Below are positions 11,271-24,613 of a DNA stretch of 64,000 bases, piece after piece. Location of the stretch: positions 1,550,001 through 1,614,000 of the forward strand of contig LSRY02000004.1 in NCBI GenBank assembly GCA_001643675.2, written 5' to 3'. A program made the position numbers and the translations under genes. The notes below the pieces were generated by a model. That model was not told the origin of the DNA. It made no database searches and saw only the letters and a program-made list of their open reading frames with translations. This DNA comes from Monocercomonoides exilis PA203. Its lineage: Eukaryota; Protista; Preaxostyla. Positions within the stretch are counted from its first letter, which is position 1. Each line of letters opens with the position of its first letter.

Positions 11271-14200
11271 TCAGGGATTGGTAATACTTTGGCTTTCTGG
11301 GCCAGTCCTGTATTGCGTTTGATCTTGAACGGACGGTTCGTCATAATCCACTGCATCAGATATTGTGAGCATCACAGCTCCTGGCGGAAAGAGCTGGATG
11401 AATTCGCGCTTCAGTGCAGACATGGAATATCTCTCCGCTGTTTCACCTGCAATGCATCCTTTTATGATTGCTTTCAGCGTTTGCTTCTTGATTGCTTCCA
11501 AGTTTGGCCTCTCTCCATTCACAATCTTCTGCCCCGCCACCTCGGCCTCATACTCCCCAAATGGGATCTTCAGCGTCAAGCACTCCCACAGCATCATCCC
11601 AATTGAAAAGGCAACAGATTCCTTTGTTGCCCCCATCTTCTTGTTGATCAGCAGCTCGGGTGCTTTCCATCTCAGACACTCTTTTTGTAATCGTCCTCAT
11701 CCTCAAATGCTGAAGAGGGCAGAGAGTCATCATCATCGTCGTCGCTTGCAGATGTCACAACAGTTGATGAAGAGATAGATGATGAATCTGAATCATCAGA
11801 AGAGAAGTCGGAGCGCATGACAACGCAGATGACCATATGTTCTGAGAACAACACAATGTGAGGACTCAGATTGGCAAGTGAAGAGAGAGGATTGTCCATC
11901 TCATCAAATGAGTGGAGAGCAAGGTTGGCCACCCAGAACAGGATTTGGACAGCTGTATATTCTCTCTCCTGAAGCGTGCCAATTGCCATCTCTTTCTTCT
12001 CATTCCTTCCGTGCAGCAGCATGAACAGCGAATCTCTCAGATCCACAATCAGTTTCTCATGAGGAGAAGAACATGCCATTGCATCCGCCAGATTCGACAT
12101 GGATGAAGTGGTTGGGCACAGATCCTCTCTCCGAACAAATGTGGATTCTGTGTCTGAAGTGTCTGTGGTTGAAGTGGATGAAATAGATGGCGATGGCGTT
12201 CTCTTTCTTGTTTCATCATCATCATCAACTTTCTCCAATGCCCATTCTGGGATCTTGTCTGAATCTCTCCCCAAAATATATTCGGTGGAGCCACTCTCAG
12301 ATAGAAGATGCTCTGATGACTCCGAATGTCCCAAGCTTTTCTCATTCACTCTCTTCTTTATCCTCTCTTCATTCTTCTTCTCTGCTTCCCTCTCAGCTCT
12401 TCTCCACTGATCTTCTGGAGACATCTCCATCGTTACCATCTCAAATGCTTTTGGGTCCTTCTTCACTGTGTCTTCCACAATTACCTCCAGCTCTTCTGTT
12501 CTTTTCTTTTGCTTTCTCCAACGGACAATAAAAGCAATTGCTACCACAAGCACAAAAAATAGAAGCACTATCAGAACAATTGTGCTCCATGATAATCCTT
12601 GACTATTTCCTCCTTCTGCTACTTTTTCTTCTCCATTCATCTGAAGCTCACTTCCATTCTTCAAGATAAATGCATTGGTGTGTTTTGGAAACTGCAAATC
12701 GCCAAAAAGAATTCTAATAGAAACCTTGGCTGGCTCGGGAATAACTGGAATTTCCGATATGCCTATTGTGCAATCCACTTCTTCTTCTGAAACAAAGCCA
12801 TCATCACAAAATTGATGGTTCACGATAAAGTCTGTGTCGTCAACAGTCGTGATGATCTGAAAAGATAAGTTGCAAGGAAGAAGAAGTGTTCCTTTCATTA
12901 TAAAACTGATTTCTTCTTCGATGCGTTCACTTTCGACTTTTTCCAAAGTTGGAATGAAAAACGGAGACTGGCGTTCAGATGGCATTCCTAAAAGCTCGCA
13001 TCCTTCATTTAGAATCCATAAAGAAGAGTTATGTAACAATCCGTCTCCTCCCTTTAGACTTTCTATATTCAACACCCCATTTCTAGAGCAAAATATATTA
13101 CGGCGAATCGAAGGATATAACAATATTTGTGGATTATTATTTTCGAATTTCCCATCAATCATCGTAACATTACTACCCAAAACTGTTAGTCCACCTTTGA
13201 TGGAGTTTGAAAAAGAAGAGTCCTTGATTTCTGCCGAACAATTAGCAATACTTATGAGCGATTCATTCCAGTAGCATGCATAGTTTTTGTCTCGTTCATT
13301 GCTATTTGCTTTATTGCGTTCATATCTACCATCAATCAAACAGGAATCCAAATAAAAGTGTTCACATTTTTCATATTTCATAACGTGACCTCCATTTGGC
13401 ATCGAACAATTACTTATTGTACAGTTCTGTACATGTAATTGAGGAACATCGGAACACGAAATAATGTTGCAGTTATTTGAAGTTGAAACGACTATATTTT
13501 TGAGCAATAATGCCGAAAGAGTTATATTTACGATCGGAGTATTTTTTTGGCCTCCAGCGTTTGTTTGATGAATATCGATAACGTTTGCATCGGAGATGTC
13601 TACATCATTAATGCACAATCCCGTTAAAGCTACGTTATTTTCGGATTTCCCAAGCCTGATTACTGATTTCAAACAAGAAAAACTATTAATTTCCAAGAAA
13701 TTAACAAGCAAGAATCCATTTTCAACCTCAATTATATGCGCACTTAACAACAACTTATCGGGGATATTTCTTTGATTTGCGATGTCATGCAACACTGGAG
13801 CAAGGGCACAGTTATTAATATTCAAAAAACCGTTCTCCACAAAAATGAATGAGAAATAAAAATTGGACAAAGAGGAGGTTAACAGAAATCTAATGTCAGA
13901 AATGGAACTTTGCAAATTTGTTGTGATGACATAACTTGAGTTGCCCCTATTTCTAAGATTGACTGTCACATCGCAAATATTCTTTGAAAGAGACATGACA
14001 CTTATCCCATCGAGCGTAATTTCTGCTTCAAGAGACGAAGAAATATCTATTAGCACTTGAGTTAATAAATCATATGTCACATGCTTCAGGCCATAATCGA
14101 TTGTCAAACAAGGATAATTAACCTTTCCACATTGTTTGCTATTATCTCCGCCTGCTTCAAAATTTGATGAAACAACAATACGATCATTCTGGAACATTGT

Positions 14201-17200
14201 AATGAGTTCCATTAAATCAAAAGGTGTTGAAGCATGGTCTGTCTTGTCTATTCCGTAAATGGCATTTGATCTGTGATACTCACTTTCCCGAAGATCCAAT
14301 CTAAACTGGCTTTCATTGATTTGAGAAGAAAGGCTAAAACATTCAATAAAGATATCTCGCCCAATAAACGCGGAATTTCCACTAAATGTTGAGTTTTGGA
14401 AAAGAAAATTCAGATCGCCAACTTCGCCGAATAAAAGATAGGTTCCTCCTCCTTTGCCATATTCTTCACTGCAAAAGCTTTGAATTATCGACGACGACAA
14501 AAATGTGAACGATGAATTTACACCAAGATTTAAAAATGCCATCCCACCTCTTTCGCTATCTCTTGACCTGCATTCTCTGAATGAACAATTTCTGATCTTG
14601 ACAATTCCTCCTTCAGATGAAGATGCGATAATACATGAGCCGTTATCACTTCTGGCAATGCTAGTAAATGAAGAATTTTCCACAGTTATTGTTCCAGCAG
14701 CGAACTCATTGACGCTTGCCACTGATGAGTAATTAACCAGACATATGCACGCTTCAGTTATGTTCACGTTCGATATTGTCATTTCATTAAAGGTGCATTC
14801 GCTATTGTTTGAAACAGCAAAAATATTATTTCCAACGTTACACGACGACACAACAAATTGCGACACTCGGAGGTATCCTCGCTTCATCAACAGAAATGAG
14901 CAATTACTTTCAGTTCCGATTGTTGCTTCTGAAGAAAAGCCGCTCCGCAAAACTTCGATGGTTCCGTTTTCGTTCATAATCACTCCGCCTTTACTGTTTC
15001 CGAAATCCGAAGAAACAAATACAAGCAAATCTCTGATTGTCAAATATCTAGAGTTGAGAAGAAACGGATCGGATTCACCTTCATTTTTTTCGAAAAAACA
15101 ATGTGTGATTTGTTAATTCGGATGTTTGTGAGTATCCTTCCAAAATATAGCCGCTTACGTCATAAGCATCTTGAATTATAGTTTCCTTGGTGATGAGCAA
15201 CTGGAGGAATTGGTTCTCTCCAGTCAAATGCTGCATGCCAGCCCAAGCCGTTTTGCATGGCTCAAATTTACTTCCGCATCTCCTCACATCAAAGCCTGTG
15301 TGTGCCACATATATATTTGAGCTTCTGTACTCAACAACAAACATGAAGAGATCAGCATCTCCAATAATTGAATCGTGCCCAGCAAAGGCATTGCTATCAT
15401 TCATTATTTTGTAATAATCAAATGCAAAAGAATTCAGCGTCACACTCTCATTTAAATTTTTGCTTTCCAAAAAATGTTTTTGCCAATATGTGCCATATTA
15501 CTGCTAACAGTAATTGCATCAATTTTTAGAGGCTGAGAAGCAGCGGACAGAGTGCAGTCCAGATACAAAAATCCTCCTTTTCCTTCATTTCGAGAGCATT
15601 CACAAAACGAAAGATCGCTTGTCTTCAGCGAAACAGCATTATCTTCTGAGAGGCAAACGTCAAGTGCCCCTCCTCTAAGGGACTCTGGTACTTTTAGTTG
15701 CGATAATTGCGCATCTGCAAGATAGAGGTTACCTGAAATGGCAAATGGAGTAAATCTGGCAGTTATCGCCGAAATATTGCAGGAGTTCACTTCAACGGAC
15801 CCTCCAGATGTCCGAATTAGCGCAAACAAGAGTGGATCTGTTCCGTTCTGGATGAAGGAACTATTTGCGATTCTGAGCTGGGTGTCTGATGCAAATATGA
15901 GGCAGTCGACATTTGAAGAAAATGCTGAAGGGATATGAAACGAAATTAATATCACGGCTAGTTGGTGTGTGGCTTCGAGAATTGCATTTCTGCTATTTCC
16001 GATTATTTCAGGCTTGAACAAAATGCTTGCTTTTGAACTTGTTGAAGAAGATATCAAAAAAGAAGAAACATCAACAGGCTCTTGAATATATGTTTCCGTG
16101 CCAATCAATATCTCCTTTTCGAAAGACTGCTCATTTAAATTTGTTGCTCCTCTTTTGAATGAAAAGCACGGATATTCTTCTGCTCCGCATCCGATCATGT
16201 CGTACCCTGTTTTAGATACATAGATGCTGGTTGCCTGCTTTTGATACAAAAACATGGCAAGATCCACAGAATCAGAAAAGTGTGTTCTGTCGCTTCCCTT
16301 GATATCAACAATTTCGATGCCCTCGCTGTTGTAAAACGGAACTTTGATGTTTGAAGGATAAATGCTCTCATTTAAGCTTTTGCAATCAACGAACATATCA
16401 CGCCCCTCATAGCCGTTGTTTTGATTGAAATCGATCTCTTCGAATAAAAAGTCCCGTATGGGTCTTTCAAATGCATGAATACTCCTCCTCCTTTGCCATT
16501 GCCTTCGTTTACGTTGCAGCATGTTATGATAGCCCCATTTATCAAGAATTGGCCATTTTCGCTCAACTTACAGCTAACAGCTCCTCCGTTGCCATTTGCA
16601 GATGAGCATCCACTTAGCATGCAATGTCCAGATATTACATTGCTCCCTGAACCGGAGACTTTATGGAATGAGCCTTTGGCTGTTTTGTATGTTGTAATAT
16701 TTGTATTATTTATCCGTGAGCTCGCTTCGTTAATGCAGACAATCAGGCTATCACTTGAGGTAGACACTGTGTCAACAGTAGATTTGTCGATTACTAGCGA
16801 ACCGCTGTTTATAGATGCCAACCCACAGCTCGACTGAAATAGTAGCTTTGCGACAAGAACATTGCCAAAACTAATGGAACTTCCATTCCCTTTCACTATC
16901 CACACGCAGCAGCGCTTTTCAACGCCATCAGGATCACCAAAGATGCACGAGACAAAATACACTTTTCCAACAGCTGCTTCAATAAATACATCATGCAGGA
17001 GTTGTTCTGCGGTTGTCTGAAGCGTTATATTTAGAGAAGAAACAGACAGATACGTTGCTTGCGAGCCTTTCAGCAATGTAATGCGGCCATTATTCATCAC
17101 TTTAAGAGCCGAGTTGATTTCTTCAATACCACAGATAGTCAAAGGATCGTCTTCGCAATGAATTGGCTGACTCAAATCAGCAGACTTCAATATGCTCAGT

Positions 17201-20200
17201 GTTGTTTTTATACTGCTCATTTGAGAAAATCCAAACGCCAATTCTTGACAAGGATTGTTGCTGTTTCCACATCCAGCATTGTTGCTGCTTTCTTCTCTAT
17301 CGACAAATACAATTTCATCGTTCGACACAAACAAGTATTTTAACATGCTAACATTAATTGAGGGATAGCTTTCGTCGTCGATGACCCACATTGTTTTAAG
17401 ATTAGCATCTCCTGGCTGTGCAGAGCCGGCCCACTTGTTCTTATCGATCATTATCCGAGGTGAAGGACAGATCAAAAAAACGTCAGAGCCCAAGCGTGCC
17501 TGATTTCCCGAGAATGAAATAGCAATCATCGAGTAATTTACTTCCAAATCTTCAAAGCTCAAGTGCAGCCCTCCACCGAAGCCATTTTCTGCATCAACTT
17601 TGCTGTTCGTCACCTTGTTTGAATCAAACAATAATTTCCCTCCTTTTCTCACATTCACTATCATGCTTCCTCCTTTTGAATGGCCATCAATGCATGCATT
17701 TGACGAAAAATTACACCCGCTCACAGTACATGCAGCTTCATCGCAGATGGTTCCTGAGATGGCACCTCCGTTCCCGTTTCTTCTTGCTGCACCTGTAAAA
17801 GATGAATTGGTTGCAGTTAACGACGACGACTCGCCCACAAATAGCATCGAATGATTCATGAAAATTGTTGTTGTGCAGTTTATCAAAGATTCCTCAAGCC
17901 CTATCACTCCTCCATTATTGGCGACAATCAATCCAGAGACTTCATCTGTTTTTGCTCCGTCGATGCTCAAACAAATTAACTCTGCTTCTGCTTCTCTGCC
18001 ACTGACTTTGATGGCAGCTGCCGTTGCAAATTCGATATTCAGAACTGTGAAATTGTTCAGCACAAGTTTTCCATTGGTGCAACAAGCAATCGAGTACGAC
18101 ACTCCTGAGCTGATGGCTTCCGTTATGCAATCAGCCACAGTCAACACGGATCCGCTGCACAATAGCAAGCAATTGCGGCTGATAGTGAAGGCCAAAGGAA
18201 TGCTGAACGATATTCCTGTGAACGAAACATCAACTCTAGCCTCAATTAAGCCACTTCCTTCTCCAAGGCCGTCACTTCGAACAGTTAATTTTTCCGAGTC
18301 ATCCTCAGCATCGATTTCCATCTCTTGTTGTGTAAACGCAATGCGATTGGAAAATTCGAATTCTTTTGCCAACCTCACCTTTCCTTTTGCGCTGCCATAT
18401 CTTGCTGTTCCAGCATAGTTAATGGTTTGACAAGGATAATCTTTATAACCACACATTCTGTAGTCTGTGCCAGTGTTGCTAATGAATGCTGGTGAAGTGA
18501 AATTTCGGAGGAATAGCACCAGCGGGATGGCAAATGCTGTATTGCCTCCTTCAAAGCCGGCTAACTCGCCGAAAGATGAATTACTGCTTTTCTCGAACTC
18601 AAAATTCAGGGATTCGCTGGTAATTGCGGAGGATAAATTTATCGCTTCCACAAACACGCAACTTCCTCCTCTTGTCGCGTTGCATTCAGCAAACGAAATG
18701 CTGCTCATTATAACTCCTGCTGAGCTATCAGTCATGTGCAAATATATTCCGCCGCCTAGTCCTCCGCTGGAACCAATTTCTGTGGATGTGCATTTGGCAA
18801 ACATCGTGGGTGCATTGGTTGCATTACCAATTGTCACTTTTCCTCCGTAATTCCCTCGGACATATATCCCTCCTCCGTGCCCCCCATCTGCTCTGCATGA
18901 CTCAAACGTGCCACCTTCAATTCTTAACCTTTGCTGGTCATTCACTGTGCAACATATGGCCGAGCCATTTTTCATATTATTTGCAAATCCCTTCATTGAT
19001 GTGTTTGAGACATCGATCGCATTTGCGTTATCAGAGAAAATTAAGGTGAAATCTTGACTGGCATGCTGCGACAATAGTGTAGAATCGTCAATGAAAAGAG
19101 AAGCATTCTGCGATGAAAGGCTTATCAGTCCATGTTGTGACGTGGTTTCCACTTCCACCAACGATGCTGATTTCATGTGCACTGAAGCAAAGCCTGTTGC
19201 AACAAGAAATGAAGCATCTCGCAGAGGAATGTTTGCAGCTGCAACTGTGCTGATGGTGAGGGTCCCAGACAATGCTGAGATTAAATTATAAGAAAGAGGG
19301 GGTGATTCATCTTGGGTCTCAAAAATGGAATCTTGTAGCACTAATTCACCTTGTGAGTTTTGGCAGGCAAAAGAGGAATGTGTTTGGAGCTTATCTGGCA
19401 GTCTGAACCTGATAAATGCCATCACAGCAGTTGGGCAATTTTCGCTCATTGTTATCACTCCGGGCTGTGAAGAATTAGATTCGTGAACAATAAACAAGGA
19501 ACATGAGCCAACGCCACTTATGTGAATTCCGTATTGATCAGAAAGCACCAATTCTTCACGCAGCTCGAATGAAACGGAAAGGCTGACATCTTTTGCCTTT
19601 GTCATCTGCTTTGAAAATGAGTAACTCAGAGTCTGGCACGGATAGTCTGTGAAACCGCATGGAGCAACATTCAGGCCCTTTGATGAATCTGCATGAACAG
19701 TGCTGCCAGCATCGCAAATGAAATAGATAAGTGGAATTGCATTCACTCTGTTCTCTCCATCGAAGCCCTGCAAAGAGTTGACTTTTTCTGTGCCTGAACT
19801 GTGTGCAAATGGCATTGTTTCGTTTGTAATGCTTGTGGTTAAGTTTGGTGATTGCACAAATACATCATCTCCGTAATATGCGCTGTTTGGCAGAGATGTA
19901 CTGAACAATGGTGCTAATATCTTGAATGCAATATCTGCTTCGTGCAAGTCTAGATAGGTGCCTCCACCGTAACCAACTGTATCAGAGCTTGGGGCAGAGC
20001 AATTCCCGAATTGACATTCTTCAACAAGCAGTATTGCCCCGACGCCCAAGTCGCATTTCAGTGCGCCTCCTCCACTGTTAGTTTCCTTGACTGAGCAATT
20101 CTCAAATAAGCACTTTTTAATTGTCGAAGCACTCGCTTGCCCATCAACGCATGAACAATGGATACAGCTTCCGTCTCCTTCTGTGCGCTCGATTGCAGAA

Positions 20201-23200
20201 AATGTCACATTTGATGCAAGCAGGATGTTTCCTTCCTCGTTTTCAACTATTGCCGAGTTTTTCATTTCGCATGAAGTCATTGTGTTGTTCTCCATTTCAA
20301 CTGTTCCACCCATGCAAACATAGATGAGCGCATTGCTTTCAGTCCCTCTCAACTCCTTAAACTCTGAGCATTGCACAAATGCTTTTGAATTGCTCCCAGA
20401 GACAATAATAAGGTGCGAAGTGCTAATACTCTCTGATGCAATTTCGAATGATACCAAAAATAGCTTTCCTTTTGCAACCTCTGCAAAAGATGTGCCAATG
20501 CTTCCGCTTTCCATTTTCAACGAGCAATTCGTAACAGTCAGAATACTGTCTGTGCACAGCATCAAGCACTCAATGATGCCTTCGATTGAAGAAGCTGCGA
20601 AAAAGCTCATGTTGGATATGCTTACGAGGTTCTTTGTCTCAATCATACTCACAGCCTTTTGATTTTGGGAGAGATCCACATTTATTTTTCCGCCTCTTTC
20701 AATGCATCTAACGTCCCATTCTCTCTGATCCATGGTGATGTGTTCTGTCCATCGAAAGCTGTCATGAAGTTGGATTTCCCGCTTTTGGGATGGGAACTTT
20801 AAGTTCACAACCCAGCTGATTGTTTCACAAGGATACACAGACGATCCACAACCTTTGAAATCTCTCTTGTTTAAGCCTCCTACGCACCCACATCCGTCCT
20901 CTTGGAGTAAATAAGCTTTTAACGGAACAGGCTGTGCGCGGAAGTCAGCCTCAAACCCCATAAGATCGTCGTCATTCATTTCATCCATATTGAAGTCAAA
21001 TGTGGTGTTCTTCACAACAGCACTGAGCTCGACTGCATCGTAAAACACACATTTCCCTTTCCAGCCATCGCAACCAGCAAATGATACTTTGGATAGGCAC
21101 GCATCACAGATATATTCTTTTGTGTGGATGAAAATCCCTCCACCTTTTCCTTTGGATGCCTCGTCTTTAGGAACTGTGCATGCTGAAAAAGTGGCAAATC
21201 CTGCTAAACCTTCGACTCGGATTCTGCCTCCACTTTGGTGGACTATTGAGATACCTCCGCCGTTGCCTTTCGAGCACTCGCACCCAACTAGCGTTGTGTT
21301 GTTTGATACAAACGAGTTTTGCGCACCAACAGAGATATTGATCCCAGCACCGCTGTCACGTTCCGACTTCATGCTTGAGAGAGAGCAATTCGCACAAGTC
21401 ATGCTCGAATGATCGCAGAGTATTGCAGGACAGCCAGAAAACGAAAAGTTAGCCATATTGGTGTTGCAAATTGTTGCTACGCCTCCATTTCTGCAGCAAA
21501 GCAGGGCAGCCTGAAAAAGTACTAAAGCATCTGCTGTCGATCGTTTCACACTGATGGAATCAAGAGTCATTGTCCCTGTTGAGCTCAAGAAAAACAGAAC
21601 AGAACTACCACTTGATGGAGCGTGCACAATAGTGAAATTGGCAGCTGTAAGTGAACCTGTTGAAACGGCGAACAACGGATGAGCGCTTGGAAGATGCGCA
21701 GAGCTAAGCATCACTTCTTCTCGCCCGATTCCCGTTATCTGTCTGGTGCTTGTCCCAACATTGATTGTGTCTGGCTCGCTGTCAAAAGTTGAGTTCAACA
21801 GAATAATTGAAGATGAATTGTAGCGGAGTAGCATGGCAAAAGAATATGCTATGGTCCTGCACGGATTGCCTTCAGATACCCCACAGCTTGCTGATCTGTT
21901 GTTCCCTTTGGTTCCATCAGTATAAATGCCTGCATGCGTCTCGAGCCATTCAGAGTGTTGGCGCAGCTGATCTGTGTATATGACAAGCCTTGTCGAAGAT
22001 TTTGTCTGTGATGCGCATCCGCATAATGGATTTGCTTGAAGGCGGAAATAACCATCACCAAAATAGATATCATCCCCATTTGGTGACACATTATTGACAA
22101 AAAGGCAATAAAACAAAAGTGTTGCATTTTCAGGCGTCAATTGATGCACATTGTAATACAATCCTCCTCCATATTGCCGTGAATTGCATTTTTGATACAA
22201 ACATTCACGAAGAACCGGATATTCGTTGATCGGCTCATATATCGACAGTCCACCACCATATGTGCAAATTGAGTCACAACCATTGAACGAATAGTTGAAT
22301 AACATTGCACCAAATGAGAGTGAATCGTTATCCAAGGTCACATGTTTTCCTGCGTATCTCCAACTCATTCCTCCACCAACACCTGTTGTTGCATTGCATT
22401 TACAATTACTAATGTTAAAAAACGAAATAGCACTTGCTATTTGACCACAGAAAATTCCACCTCCGTAACAACTTGTTGAGTTTTCAATTCGAGAATTTTT
22501 AATAACTTGTTTTTTTATATTAACAGTGTACAGGGTCCCACCTTTGTCAAAAGAAAAACAATTTTCAAAAACACAGCAATCAATAACAATTGAACTTGTT
22601 AACTGATTTTCAAAAGAAATTGCACCACCAGTATAATCAGAACCAGAGGAATGCCACTCACAATCTTTGAATAAGTGATCTCCTTCTTTTATTTTGATGT
22701 GATCCATTTGTTTATTGTTTGTGTAATTGTCATTGGCAGAGCGGAAGCAAGAAATTAAGGTGTTGTTGCATGAAATGAGCGAATGGGAAGGATCATTGAT
22801 GGATTGGGCAATGCCCCCATCAAACACATTGTCAACCGTGTGAAAATAACAGCTGCATAAGATGGAAGATTGTTTTTCTGGATTATGTTGCGATTGATAT
22901 TTGGAGAAGTTGGCTGTAATGTTTGCAAATGAAGAGTCCCACACATGAACAAATGATAGCAATGGTGCAGACAAAAAGGGACAAGAAAGCATTGGAAATG
23001 ATGAAAAGGAAGAATGCGACAGTTCGAGTGAAGAGCATGATGTGGAGTCAAACGATGGAAGAACACTGGCCAATGGAGGAATTTCCATCTTTTTGTTGAT
23101 GGGAGTTAAACTAATGTTTCTAATGGAAAGGCTGCTTTCTAGAAGTGACAAGTCTGGCGCATTTGTATTTTCTTGGAGGAATAAATTACAGTGCAAAAGA

Positions 23201-23496
23201 AAACTGTGTGAAAGCTTTAAAGAAAGAGCACAGTTCTGGCCAATGTGCTGAAAAGTTATTTCAGAAAAGTTCACCGAAACATTTTGCCCAACAATAAACG
23301 TGGCCAGGCTTGTGCCTTTGTGCACCAGAATGCTTGTGAAACAGTGATTTGAAGAAACTTTTTTGCAATTGTGATTGCATTTTATTTCTGAGCTGTGACA
23401 AACAAATAACTCTCTCTGATCCACATCATTTTTTTCGGGGATATCCGAGGCACAAATTGCTCCATAAAGAACAAGAAGCAAAATGAAAGAAAACAT
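11271..23496 (-). CDS. Full-length copy of giant receptor-like membrane protein (~4,070 aa reconstructed): signal peptide, 8 Cys/beta-helix modules, TM, pseudokinase; broken in this sequence by 4 frameshifts
   Basis: ORFs 16372-23496, 15452-16522, 15081-15470, 11672-15043 and 11271-11636 join end to end. N-terminus MFSFILLLVLYGAICASD looks like a signal peptide. Frameshifts at ~15470, ~15090 and ~11685 are homopolymer contractions relative to the intact left copy; the one at ~16454 is fixed by adding one G to a G run. No introns are needed. Confidence 0.85.
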
Positions 23497-24282
23497 GAAA
23501 GAAATAATGCTTTTGACTGTTTTTTGTGCAATTCCTGCCCCTCTTCAATAAATCGATCAGTGAACAGATTCTTTATAATGGATTAATTGATAAATGGAAA
23601 CTATTTTTAAATTTAGGGAACAAATAATTTCAATGGTTCGAAAATATATGAAATGAAATAGTGTTCATATAAAATTTTTCAAGCATGCATGACAAAATAT
23701 TCTCATCGTATGTGTAAAATATTCTGAAATTTCAATTAAATTCGAGAAGAATATGATGCATCTGATAGTTTGGATTGCACTATAAAACATTCAATAATGA
23801 AGAAGAAGAAATCAATTTGGAAATGAGAATATTTAATGTTTGATGCATGAATGATTCGTGTAATGCGACTCAAACATAACAGATATTTCTTTTCGTAAGA
23901 CTTCTTAATAATATTTTGGTTAATAATGCTTTTTCATAAAATTATTTCTTTCTAAATTTTTTTTTCTATAATATTATTCAATATATTACACTTTTTTATT
24001 TTTTATCAAATTTTGTTTCTTCAAATTTTCATCGAAGAAACAATTAAAATCTGTGTAATCCTTTTAAAAAAGAAGCAAATGTTTTATTCAAAAAAAAAAT
24101 ATCTTTCATATCTTCTTCAAGAGATATGGAATATCAGCTATAGATCCATCTCGATTAGGTCAATCAATATTATTGATTTTTGAATATCTGATGGTTGTTA
24201 TCATCTTGTATTATAAGTTGGAAAACGAAATGAAAAGAAGATAGAGATCGAGAGTTATTGCTGACACTCTTAGGGGTTTATC

Positions 24283-24546
24283 ATGATTAGATATTCAGTG
24301 ATGTTCTATAAAAATGGAGTTATTGATAGGTGTAATCGATATGTATCTATAGCTGATATACCATATCTCCAAGGAGGAGAATTAGCTAAAAGATTAACTA
24401 GAAGATTTGTTAAAGGTGTTCAAGTTGGTAAATTAATGGTGAAATTGTGTGTTATCATTGATGAAATACATGAGTTGTATGTTGAACGTGTTACCGTTGA
24501 TGGAAATAACAGGTTAAAGAGTGTCAAAGATGGTAAATTTGTGTGA
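24283..24546 (+). CDS. 87-aa hypothetical protein in left TIR
   Basis: ATG-to-TGA ORF. A diverged partial paralogue (IRYS...SIADIPYL) lies on the opposite strand at ~24121-24200. Confidence 0.4.
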   Translation: MIRYSVMFYKNGVIDRCNRYVSIADIPYLQGGELAKRLTRRFVKGVQVGKLMVKLCVIIDEIHELYVERVTVDGNNRLKSVKDGKFV

Positions 24547-24613
24547 CAATTAGTGTTATCGTTTGTGAAATCGCAAATAAAAATAATTGATTAAGTTTTT
24601 TGTTTTATAGTAA

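Larger units (their letters stand above)
8226..16073. repeat. Right arm of giant inverted repeat (probably extends further right, partner lies outside the window)
   Basis: Reverse complement of 1-7851. Differences seen are homopolymer contractions, one substitution near 10984, and a few changes near the loop. Confidence 0.97.

Noticed and set aside
24345-24372. ADIPY as an amino-methyltransferase (D/N)PPY-type motif
   Set aside because: The ORF is only 87 aa and lacks a SAM-binding motif; one short match is insufficient.
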